Source: an uncultured Candidatus Poseidoniales archaeon
GTDB lineage: Archaea > Thermoplasmatota > Poseidoniia > Poseidoniales > Thalassarchaeaceae
Reading direction: 5' to 3'
NCBI GenBank assembly: GCA_964645485.1
Contig: CAZXZO010000001.1
Span: 132,161 to 145,767, forward strand
DNA: 13,607 nucleotides
Part shown: positions 1 through 7,119 of the stretch, piece by piece
How positions within the stretch are numbered: position 1 is the stretch's first letter
How the letters are laid out: every line of letters starts with the position of its first letter
Translations under genes and position numbers: made by a program
The notes under the pieces: generated by a model
What the model was told of the DNA's origin: nothing
Databases searched by the model: none
Seen by the model: only the letters and a program-made list of their open reading frames with translations

Positions 1-40
1 ATGTGGTAGCCCCTTCTAGATGCGAATCCTCGAACTAGCG
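1..40 (-). repeat. Degenerate second copy of the tRNA-Gln 3' end (T-arm, acceptor strand, CCA); att-like scar
   Basis: 1-26 atgtggtagccccttctagatgcgaa matches 118-143 atgtgatagccccttccagattcgaa with 3 mismatches. The minus strand reads CTAG-TTCGA-[GGATTCGC]-AT-CTAG-AAGGGGCT-A-CCA. Confidence 0.75.
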
Positions 41-123
41 CTTGCAAACAATTGAGTTCGAGGACGCGAAGCATCTTTGATGCTGACGCGCTTTCGAATC
101 TGGAAGTTTAGAAAGCAATGTGA

Positions 124-196
124 TAGCCCCTTCCAGATTCGAACTGGAGTCCTATGATCCAGAGTCACAGATGATGGACCGCTACACTAAGGGGCT
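124..196 (-). tRNA. tRNA-Gln (anticodon CTG), intronless, CCA not encoded
   Basis: The reverse complement folds as AGCCCCT/AGGGGCT acceptor stem, anticodon arm TGTGA-CTCTGGA-TCATA, T arm TCCAG-TTCGAAT-CTGGA and discriminator A. The A1-U72 pair is typical of archaeal tRNA-Gln. Confidence 0.96.
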
Positions 197-224
197 GTGT
201 GTAGGCTTGGCGAGTAGCCTCAGT

Positions 225-232
225 TATTTCAA
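225..232 (-). promoter_or_regulatory. Possible TATA box for tRNA-Gln
   Basis: TTGAAATA on the minus strand, 29-36 nt upstream of the mature tRNA 5' end. It is one mismatch from TTTAAATA. Confidence 0.35.
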
Positions 233-257
233 GCCAACCGATAAGGATTCTGTGTTT

Positions 258-473
258 TTACTCATCAAGTTCCACTATTGAGTCCTGCTCGGTGAAATCT
301 CGTGTTTGTCCTGCATCACGTAATTTGGCATAGCGTTCTTTACTAATATCAGACCCCTTTTCGTCAAATTCATTAAACCATTTATCAAGAAGCCAGGCAA
401 AAAACATGCTAATTGGGTCAGGTAAAATGATTATGAGCCCAACAATAATCGCTGCCCAATAATACCATTCCAT
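258..473 (-). CDS. Small hypothetical membrane protein (71 aa)
   Basis: ATG start and hydrophobic N-terminus (WYYWAAIIVGLIIILPDPISMFFAWLL) followed by a charged tail. It fills the gap between the AKR gene and the tRNA on the same strand. Confidence 0.6.
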   Translation of the reverse strand: MEWYYWAAIIVGLIIILPDPISMFFAWLLDKWFNEFDEKGSDISKERYAKLRDAGQTRDFTEQDSIVELDE

Positions 474-527
474 GCTCTTCCCTCATTCAAAATGTGTGGT
501 CCCTTGGTGCCATTCCATGCTCTCCCC

Positions 528-1388
528 TCATGCCTCGCTAGTCGGGTCCCATCCTGAAATAAAGTGTTCTTCAAGTGCACTAATCTCCCTTTTTTGGGGG
601 CTTAGGTCGACGGTCAATGAACCAAGGTTTTCCTTAATTCTCCCCTCATTACTCGACTTTGGAACAGTGATACATCCGGCATCCAAACACCATTTTATCG
701 CCACTTGGGCCGGTGTGCAGTCGAGTTTTTCAGAAATTATTTTCAGATTTTCATCTTTTACTTTGTCTCCTCTCGCTAGCGGTGAATATGCCATAACGGT
801 TGCTCCTAGGGCTTCTGTAGCAGCGCGCAACCCGTCTCTTTGCAGCCACGGGTGAATTTCTATCTGGTTCACTGATGGCATAAACGTAGCATAGGACCGC
901 ATTTTGTCGAGGTGGTGGGCTCCGTAGTTTGAAACTCCAATTGCCTCTGCCCACCCATTTTTCAAGCATTCTTCCATACCCTTCCATGTTGGTTTTCTAT
1001 GGTATGGGTCTTTTGGTGGTGCGTGCACCAAGTAAAGGTCCACGTATTCAAGTCCAAGATTTTGTAGTGATTCTTGACAGCGTTGTTGCACTTCTTCATT
1101 GCCAACTGCATGCGGGCGGCGCAGTTTTGTGGTGACGAATAATTCGTCGCGTGTGATGATTCCACTGTCAATGGCGAGGCGAATTCCCTCGCCAACTTCG
1201 TGTTCATTTTCATATGCCATTGCTGTATCAATATGCTTGTAACCCAATTTCAAAGCCGCTAAGACGGCATCTCTGCATTCACCCGGCTTATTCATCAGAA
1301 ATGTTCCGAGGCCAAATTGCGGCACTTCAGAAGTGTGCGCCAATTCGCCATTTGAAGTCATGTGGCCGATGCTGAGAGTAGGTCCCAT
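528..1388 (-). CDS. Aldo/keto reductase (2,5-diketo-D-gluconate reductase-like AKR)
   Basis: Motifs GLGT, IDTAMAYENE (Asp/Tyr), FVTTKL (Lys), DLYLVH (His), IGVSNY, NQIEIHPW, AYSPL and VPKS give an intact catalytic tetrad. The ATG at 1388 is preferred; the ORF can extend to a TTG at 1418. Confidence 0.93.
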   Translation of the reverse strand: MGPTLSIGHMTSNGELAHTSEVPQFGLGTFLMNKPGECRDAVLAALKLGYKHIDTAMAYENEHEVGEGIRLAIDSGIITRDELFVTTKLRRPHAVGNEEVQQRCQESLQNLGLEYVDLYLVHAPPKDPYHRKPTWKGMEECLKNGWAEAIGVSNYGAHHLDKMRSYATFMPSVNQIEIHPWLQRDGLRAATEALGATVMAYSPLARGDKVKDENLKIISEKLDCTPAQVAIKWCLDAGCITVPKSSNEGRIKENLGSLTVDLSPQKREISALEEHFISGWDPTSEA

Positions 1389-1424
1389 AAGTCGCAAGAA
1401 AAGGTCATCCGCTTTCAAACCCGC

Positions 1425-1634
1425 TCAAGCGCGGAACTGAGCAAGTAGGTCGGCAAGGTCAGCCTCACTTGGTCACAACTCGTCATTCCAAGTTCCCCAA
1501 AGCCTTGTTCAATCGGTCGTAACAGTTCAAGCGCGGAACTGAGCGAGTAGGTCGGCAAGGTCTTGTTCACTCGGTAGTAACAGTTCAAGCGCGGAACTGA
1601 GCAAGTAGGTCGGCAAGGTCAGCCTCACTTGGTC
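1425..1634. repeat. Three copies of the korB 3' end (1425-1474, 1527-1562, 1585-1634), including a 58-bp tandem unit (1504-1561 / 1562-1619)
   Basis: tcaagcgcggaactgagc(a/g)agtaggtcggcaaggtc starts at 1425, 1527 and 1585. The 1425 copy matches the gene for 50 bp. The two 58-bp units differ at 3 positions. Confidence 0.95.
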
Positions 1635-2607
1635 GCAATTGCTCATCCGATAGTTCGGCAAGGGGCGTATCGCACAACTCAAGCATCTCGTCAAGGGTTT
1701 TAGGTTCGGGGTTGTAGTACAACAGTCCAGTCACGTGTCTTTGGTCTTGTTCAGCCTGATGGATTTGCGAAAGAGCGCCCACCGCATCAGTAGGGTCGTG
1801 GTCTCCCCCAATAGTTTCGAGTCTGAGGGTTGAGCCGTCAAACAAAGTGATATCCTTGAATTCACCTTCTGGAACTTCAACTGCCTCAATGGGTTGGAAT
1901 GTAGGGATGTAATCGTATGCATGAAGTTCTGATTGGTTATCTTTCACATATCCATATGAGCGGAATGATTCGTCATTATTGCTGAAAGTTACACACGGTG
2001 ATATCACATCAATTACAGCCGTCCCACGATGGCTGATTGCTGCCTTCAAAATTGAAGTCAACTGCTTCTTTGAGCCGGAAAATGAACGTGCGACAAAAGT
2101 GCAGCCAAGATTGATTGCCATGGCGCACAAATCTATCGGCGGGCTCTCATTTGCATCTGCTTTTCTTTTCTGAGAGCCCTTTTCTACAGTAGCTGAATAT
2201 TGTCCTTTTGTCAGCCCGTAAACTCCATTATTTTCAATGATGTAAACCATGTTTAGATTTCTGCGAATTGCGTGCACAAATTGCCCGATTCCAATACTTG
2301 CAGAATCACCATCTCCTGAAACCCCGATGTAATGCAAATTTTTGTTTGTGACATTGGCACCAGTTGTTACCGATGGCATTCTTCCGTGAAGTGTATTGAA
2401 TCCGTGTGACTTACCTAGGAAGTATGCAGGGGTCTTTGATGAGCATCCAATACCGCTCATCTTGGCGATTTTTTCTGGTTGAACACCATTTTCCCAAGCC
2501 GCATTGATGACAACATTGGATATTTGGTCGTGGCCACAACCTGGGCACAACGAAGATGGTCCACCTTTGTAGTCATCTTTAGGTAAATCAATAATATTCA
2601 ATTTCAA
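1585..2607 (-). CDS. korB: 2-oxoacid:ferredoxin oxidoreductase subunit beta (TPP-binding)
   Basis: Motifs LCPGCGH, GIGCSSKT, TLHGR, GDGD...NNG (TPP motif), YGLTKGQ and SPC. The TTG start overlaps the alpha-subunit stop (TTGA). Substrate specificity cannot be fixed from sequence. Confidence 0.93.
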   Translation of the reverse strand: MKLNIIDLPKDDYKGGPSSLCPGCGHDQISNVVINAAWENGVQPEKIAKMSGIGCSSKTPAYFLGKSHGFNTLHGRMPSVTTGANVTNKNLHYIGVSGDGDSASIGIGQFVHAIRRNLNMVYIIENNGVYGLTKGQYSATVEKGSQKRKADANESPPIDLCAMAINLGCTFVARSFSGSKKQLTSILKAAISHRGTAVIDVISPCVTFSNNDESFRSYGYVKDNQSELHAYDYIPTFQPIEAVEVPEGEFKDITLFDGSTLRLETIGGDHDPTDAVGALSQIHQAEQDQRHVTGLLYYNPEPKTLDEMLELCDTPLAELSDEQLRPSEADLADLLAQFRA

Positions 2608-4388
2608 GACATCACCTCCAGTAATTTATCACGAATCATATCTGCATATTTTCTTGCTCTTGGGGGAAGGCCATCTGAGAAGGCAACACTATGCACACGC
2701 GGTACTAATTCTATTGGTAATTCTTTGCGAAGAATCCCATACAATTGCCCATCACGATTGACTTCTAGCACAATGATTTGTTCATGATTTTCAACGAATT
2801 CTTCAACAACCGGCGAGATAGGAAGGGATCGTAACCTACACTGACTAACTTTCAGGCCAGTGTCTTCCAAAATATCATCAATTTCTTGAATGGTATTTTC
2901 CATTGAACCATAGTAAATAATTCCAACTTGCTTCTCTGGTTCTTCTCTAAGTATTGGTTGTGGCATAACTGTTCTCGCACCGTCAATCTTCCGCTTTAAT
3001 CGTGCCATGTTGGCAACATAAACCTCTGGATTTTCAGAGTAAACTGCATCTTCATCATGACCGGTTCCACGATAGAGCATCGGTTCAAGTCCACTGCCTG
3101 GTAAAGTTCTGTAACAGATTCCATCACCATCAACATCACGGTATCGGCCAAAATTTTCAATCGCGTCGATTTCTTCTTGAGAATGCAAGACTTTTCCTCT
3201 ATCCATTTTTTCTGGGTAGTCAAAGCCATTACAAATCCAGCGATTCATTCCAAGGTCAAGGTCTGAGAATCCAAAGACAATTGTCTGGAATCTTTCTGCC
3301 AAGTCAAATGCCCGCCATCCAAACTCAAAACACTCATCAATAGTGCCTGGTATTAACACGAGATGTTTCGTATCTCCGTGTCCTACTTCGTAGAGCATGG
3401 AGAGATCACCTTGCTGAGTCCTAGTAGGTAAGCCAGTTGAAGGCCCTACACGGTTAACATCCCAAATTACTCCGGGTACTTCGGAGAAATAAGCCAGTCC
3501 AACGAATTCTGACATTAGTGAAATCCCAGGTCCCGAAGTGCAAGTCATAGCACGCCCACCAGCCCAGCCAGCCCCAACCACCATTCCTGCAGCGGCTAAT
3601 TCATCTTCACTTTGAATCACTGCACAGGTGACTTGTTCCTTTTCGTTACTGCGTAGTCTTGGGAGATAGGATATTATTCCTTCAGCAATAGATGTGGATG
3701 GTGTGATTGGATACCATGATAGCATGGTGATACCACCAAATATGGAGCCTAGAGCAACGGCTTCATTACCGTCAATAATGAAAGAATCAGGATCTTTTTC
3801 TCTTGCTTCAATGGCGTATGGGCACAACTGTTCAAAATTTTCACCAACATATTCTCGGCCAAGGGTGATGGCAGTGGCATTCAACTCAATCGCTTTTTCT
3901 TTGCCATTGAATTGTTTACTCAATGCTTTGTCAAGAATTGTTCCATCGAGCCCAATTAATTCAGCAATTACTCCAACATAGACCATATTTGAAATCATTC
4001 TTGCCAACTTTGGATTCAATCCCCTAGCAATTTTCGTCATAGGAATTGGATATAGAATCAAGTCATCTCTTTCAACGGGCATTTTGACATCGGAGTTGTA
4101 GATTAATACGGTTCCCGATTCAAGTGATTCAATATCTTTCTCCCAAGTAGCTTTATTCATCAAAACTTGGATGTGAGTTCGGTCACCCGGGGCCTGATAT
4201 CCAGCATCAGAAACGCGGATTATATACCATGTAGGTAGGCCAGAAATATTAGAGGGGAATAAGTTCTTTCCACTTACCGGAACACCCATTTCAAACATGG
4301 TTTGGAGAAGTATCAGGTTTGCAGATTGGGAGCCTGTCCCATTTGCTGTGGCGATGTTGAATGTGAAGTCGTTTACGATGGTCTCCAT
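2604..4388 (-). CDS. korA: 2-oxoacid:ferredoxin oxidoreductase subunit alpha (fused gamma-alpha type)
   Basis: N-terminal ANGTGSQS gamma-like domain, then YPITPST, EDELAAA, TSGPGISLM, RVGPSTGLPT and EVNRDGQL. It lies directly upstream of the beta subunit. Confidence 0.93.
   Translation of the reverse strand: METIVNDFTFNIATANGTGSQSANLILLQTMFEMGVPVSGKNLFPSNISGLPTWYIIRVSDAGYQAPGDRTHIQVLMNKATWEKDIESLESGTVLIYNSDVKMPVERDDLILYPIPMTKIARGLNPKLARMISNMVYVGVIAELIGLDGTILDKALSKQFNGKEKAIELNATAITLGREYVGENFEQLCPYAIEAREKDPDSFIIDGNEAVALGSIFGGITMLSWYPITPSTSIAEGIISYLPRLRSNEKEQVTCAVIQSEDELAAAGMVVGAGWAGGRAMTCTSGPGISLMSEFVGLAYFSEVPGVIWDVNRVGPSTGLPTRTQQGDLSMLYEVGHGDTKHLVLIPGTIDECFEFGWRAFDLAERFQTIVFGFSDLDLGMNRWICNGFDYPEKMDRGKVLHSQEEIDAIENFGRYRDVDGDGICYRTLPGSGLEPMLYRGTGHDEDAVYSENPEVYVANMARLKRKIDGARTVMPQPILREEPEKQVGIIYYGSMENTIQEIDDILEDTGLKVSQCRLRSLPISPVVEEFVENHEQIIVLEVNRDGQLYGILRKELPIELVPRVHSVAFSDGLPPRARKYADMIRDKLLEVMS
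2611..2619 (-). promoter_or_regulatory. Shine-Dalgarno site for korB
   Basis: GGAGGTGAT on the minus strand, 3 nt before the TTG at 2607. It is a full archaeal-type anti-16S match. Confidence 0.75.
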
Positions 4389-4652
4389 CTTGTTCTGAGT
4401 CCCCTGTGTCGGGTTTGTCCTACGGACATTAACCTCTCCCTTGCGCTTTCCGGCGTAGCATCAGCCTCTTCATAGTTTGCTTGAATTTTGAGTGCTATTC
4501 TCAAATGAAACGATTTCATTTTATTAATCTTGAAGTGTAAGGCCGAATCCAAAATAATCAACATATTTAGTGATTTTATTACTTTATTTCATTATATTTG
4601 GTGCATTTCGCGGGAGCGAGTGATTCATCAATGAGACGCTTGTCGGCGGTTC

Positions 4653-5705
4653 ATGATTCCGAGTGGATTGAAGGAGGCGTGGGAGACTGCTGAGAAGCAG
4701 ATAGACGCTGGTGAATACGATGATGCCTTGAGAACGTTGAGGCAATCTTGGTCGGAACATGGTGATAAGGCTGACCATGCAAATACATGGACTTTAGTCG
4801 GAGATGCAAAACAAGCGATAGCGGAGAGTAGTACCCCCATTAATCGCAAAATGTTACGAGATGCTAGTAATGCTTACAAAAGTGCATTGAAGAAGGATGC
4901 AAAGCACCGTGATGCACGCCGTGCTTCAAATGCTTTGCAAGTAAAAATGGATGGTTTAGGAATTAGAACATCTAGCCTACCAAAAATGATTGACGATGGA
5001 ACTCCGACAATCTATGGATTAGTTGCAATCATGCTAGTTGGAATGCTTCTTTTGACTAGTATCAAGTATATGCCTGAAATCAAGTCGGCACTGCGTCTTA
5101 CTTCGGAGGAATCTTCTGATTGGGATGCAACTCTTGCAATCGAACTTTACCCAGATGCTGCACCAAAAACTGTTGATTCTTTCAAAGACCATTCTCGAAA
5201 TGGTAGATACGATGGGATTGCATTTCATCGAGTGATTGATGGTTTTATGGTTCAAGGCGGTGATATTTCCTGTTCTGCATATCCTCTAACTCAGTCTAGC
5301 ACTGGTTGTAACCCGGGAACCGGCGGATATTCAGCAATTTGGTATGGTCAAGGTGACCAAAGCGACATGACAACTTGGACAATGCCTGACGAATTCAACA
5401 CCGCTTACCGCCATGCACCAGGAATATTGGCTATGGCTAATTCAGGAGCGAATACCGGTGGTAGTCAGTTCTACCTTGTTGACAAAGACAGCACCCCCTC
5501 TCACCTTGACGACAAGCATACTGTTTTCGGAATAGCAACAGATGATAGCACATATCTTGGTAGTTCAATTGGTGGAATTGAGTTGATTGACAAAATGAGT
5601 GAGTTACCAACAGATGAGGGTGATAGACCTTTGAGTCCTCCTTACATTCACAGCATTGAGATAGATGGTAACATGGCTTACATGCACCTAATCTTCCCAG
5701 CCTGA
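4653..5705 (+). CDS. Membrane-anchored cyclophilin-type peptidyl-prolyl isomerase with an N-terminal TPR-like helical domain
   Basis: Cyclophilin motifs IELYPDAAPKTV, FHRVIDGFMVQGGD, LAMANSGANTGGSQFY and HLDDKHTVFG. One TM helix (IYGLVAIMLVGMLLLTSI) follows a helical N-terminus with a TPR-like pattern (AYKSALKKDAKH). Confidence 0.9.
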   Translation: MIPSGLKEAWETAEKQIDAGEYDDALRTLRQSWSEHGDKADHANTWTLVGDAKQAIAESSTPINRKMLRDASNAYKSALKKDAKHRDARRASNALQVKMDGLGIRTSSLPKMIDDGTPTIYGLVAIMLVGMLLLTSIKYMPEIKSALRLTSEESSDWDATLAIELYPDAAPKTVDSFKDHSRNGRYDGIAFHRVIDGFMVQGGDISCSAYPLTQSSTGCNPGTGGYSAIWYGQGDQSDMTTWTMPDEFNTAYRHAPGILAMANSGANTGGSQFYLVDKDSTPSHLDDKHTVFGIATDDSTYLGSSIGGIELIDKMSELPTDEGDRPLSPPYIHSIEIDGNMAYMHLIFPA

Positions 5706-6192
5706 TGTTGCAACATTTTCAGGAATCAATGTTCTTGATTTTCAAGATTCCCGGCTTAATTTGGTAATTCAATTTTATTTTCAAGAATCAATGCTCTTGA
5801 ATTTCATTGAATTCAGACTTGAGGCAACAAGAAATTCGTGATGGCTTTGCAAATATATCTCAGTCCGCTTTAGCGTGAGATTCAAGGAGGTCACCCTCGC
5901 CCCGTGTACTGGGGAGATGGATGAGCGCCGTTACCGAGTTTGAATTGAGTGATGGAAGCACCGGCAATTTCTACTCGTTGCCAGCAAAAGAAGCTGAGTG
6001 GGGAATCTCACTTTCCAATCTGCCATATTCAATCAGAGTTTTGCTTGAAGCGGCCCTCAGAAATCAAGATGGATTTTTAGTCACAGCAGATGATGTCAGC
6101 CGCATCGCAAACTGGAATCCGGAAATGACTCCAACAGAAATCCCATTCATGCCAAGCCGAGTAATTCTACAAGATTTCACCGGCGTTCCAGC
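5613..6192 (+). repeat. 580-bp direct repeat, copy 1 (PPIase 3' end + intergenic + acnA 5' end); copy 2 at 10608-11187
   Basis: Constant offset of 4995 bp (the acnA ATG is at 5921 and 10916). The only differences I found are at 6121, 6134 and 6142. Confidence 0.97.
5705..5800. promoter_or_regulatory. Cluster of palindromes after the PPIase stop: ATGTTGCAACAT and TCA(A/G)GA-N8-TCTTGA-TTT-TCAAGA arrays
   Basis: Perfect 12-bp palindrome at 5705-5716. Half-sites at 5719, 5733, 5742 and at 5781, 5795. The same layout recurs at 7213-7241. Function unknown. Confidence 0.5.
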
Positions 6193-6268
6193 CACAAATT
6201 CAGTAGGAAATGAACAAAATGTACCTCTTACTATTCAATTTGTGGCTGGTGGTGAAAATGAAATTTAA
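5921..6268 (+). pseudogene. acnA': Chimeric ORF: first 91 codons of acnA fused in frame to the last 24 codons of the 7413-9896 protein
   Basis: 5921-6192 equals 10916-11187 (3 SNPs), then a single C at 6193, then 6194 onward equals 9822 onward. The product ends FTGVPA|TNSVGNEQNVPLTIQFVAGGENEI and lacks all aconitase catalytic motifs. Confidence 0.9.
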
Positions 6269-6587
6269 ATCAATTTTCTTAGTCATCACGATGATGCTCT
6301 CCCAACCGATGTTAGCTGGATGTTTTGAACGTTCATCACCAGGTGATGATCACACTTCGTCAATCATACCGAACTTTGCTGTATGTATACAGATTGAAAC
6401 AAATGTATCTGATTGGAGTATTGTACTACCCGCACCACTATACGAATATGAAAATGGGACATTAAGTTATCACCCATTCTTGAATAAACTGGTCAACGAA
6501 AGCGATGTAGAACCAATGATTATTGATGGGCGTACAGTCGAATTTAGTTACCGCAAATATAACCCTAAGTTCACCATTGAATTGTCT
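6194..6587 (+). repeat. 394-bp identical repeat (end of the HExxH gene + constant half of the lipoprotein); partner 9822-10215
   Basis: Offset 3628. No mismatch was found on reading from acaaattcagtagg to gaattgtct. Confidence 0.95.
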
Positions 6588-6929
6588 GAAAATCAGACGA
6601 TGACAATCAATGGAACAGGCTCAGTCTCAGACCAAACATCTGATATAGATAGGCAGGTATGTTCTTCAATCTCAGGAACATTTGCCTTACCAAAATTTAT
6701 TTGGCAAACATTTTGTGTTGATGACGATTGTAATCTAACTTCTATCGAAGTAAAGGTAATTGGAAATATGTCGGGTGCTTATCTAAATGGAATCCTTTCA
6801 GTTCGTGAGGATCCAATAAGAACAGAATTTGCTACTTGCTGGGGCTCAGGGATTTGGTTTCAACCATTTAATATGACACAGAAATATATTACAAGTGACT
6901 CACTCAATTGCACTTTTGTAAAAAGTTGA
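6258..6929 (+). CDS. Putative surface lipoprotein, variant 1
   Basis: Signal peptide MKFKSIFLVITMMLSQPM with an LAGC lipobox. The ATG at 6258 follows GGTGGTGA and overlaps the upstream stop; the ORF-track start at 6210 is less likely. It has conserved Cys residues and many N-x-S/T sequons. Confidence 0.8.
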   Translation: MKFKSIFLVITMMLSQPMLAGCFERSSPGDDHTSSIIPNFAVCIQIETNVSDWSIVLPAPLYEYENGTLSYHPFLNKLVNESDVEPMIIDGRTVEFSYRKYNPKFTIELSENQTMTINGTGSVSDQTSDIDRQVCSSISGTFALPKFIWQTFCVDDDCNLTSIEVKVIGNMSGAYLNGILSVREDPIRTEFATCWGSGIWFQPFNMTQKYITSDSLNCTFVKS

Positions 6930-7119
6930 TTACTGTTTCTTTTTTTTCTCTCGTAGTTGAGATTTATTTTGAACTGCCGACCGATGAGGGTGATAGACCT
7001 TTGAGTCCTCCTTACATTCACAGCATTGAGATAGATGGTAACATGGCTTACATGCACCTAATCTTCCCAGCCTGATGTTGCAACATTTTCAGGAATCAAT
7101 GTTCTTGATTTTCAAGATT
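6906..7119 (+). repeat. 214-bp repeat (lipoprotein last codons + spacer + PPIase 3' fragment + palindromes); partner 10531-10744
   Basis: Offset 3625, with one mismatch (6944 T vs 10569 G). The sub-segment 6983-7119 also equals 5613-5749. Confidence 0.95.
6971..7075 (+). pseudogene. Start-less 3' fragment of the PPIase gene (last 34 codons + stop)
   Basis: Encodes ELPTDEGDRPLSPPYIHSIEIDGNMAYMHLIFPA*, the same peptide as 5601-5705. The first four codons are recoded (GAA CTG CCG ACC vs GAG TTA CCA ACA). Confidence 0.9.

Noticed and set aside
472-1231. Short alternative-frame and antisense ORFs over the AKR gene (472-855, 751-987, 929-1135, 962-1231)
   Set aside because: They are shadows of a well-supported gene and show no motifs.
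1425-1620. CRISPR array (three 36-bp repeats)
   Set aside because: The repeat is the coding end of korB. The gaps are unequal (66 and 22 bp) and resemble each other or the gene. No cas genes are visible.
1731-5255. Short ORFs overlapping korB, korA, the divergent intergenic region and the PPIase
   Set aside because: They overlap strongly supported genes or lie in AT-rich promoter DNA, and have no recognisable features.
1504-7119. Integron attC cassettes
   Set aside because: The palindromes after the korB and PPIase stops lack clear RYYYAAC...GTTRRRY cores, and there is no integron integrase.
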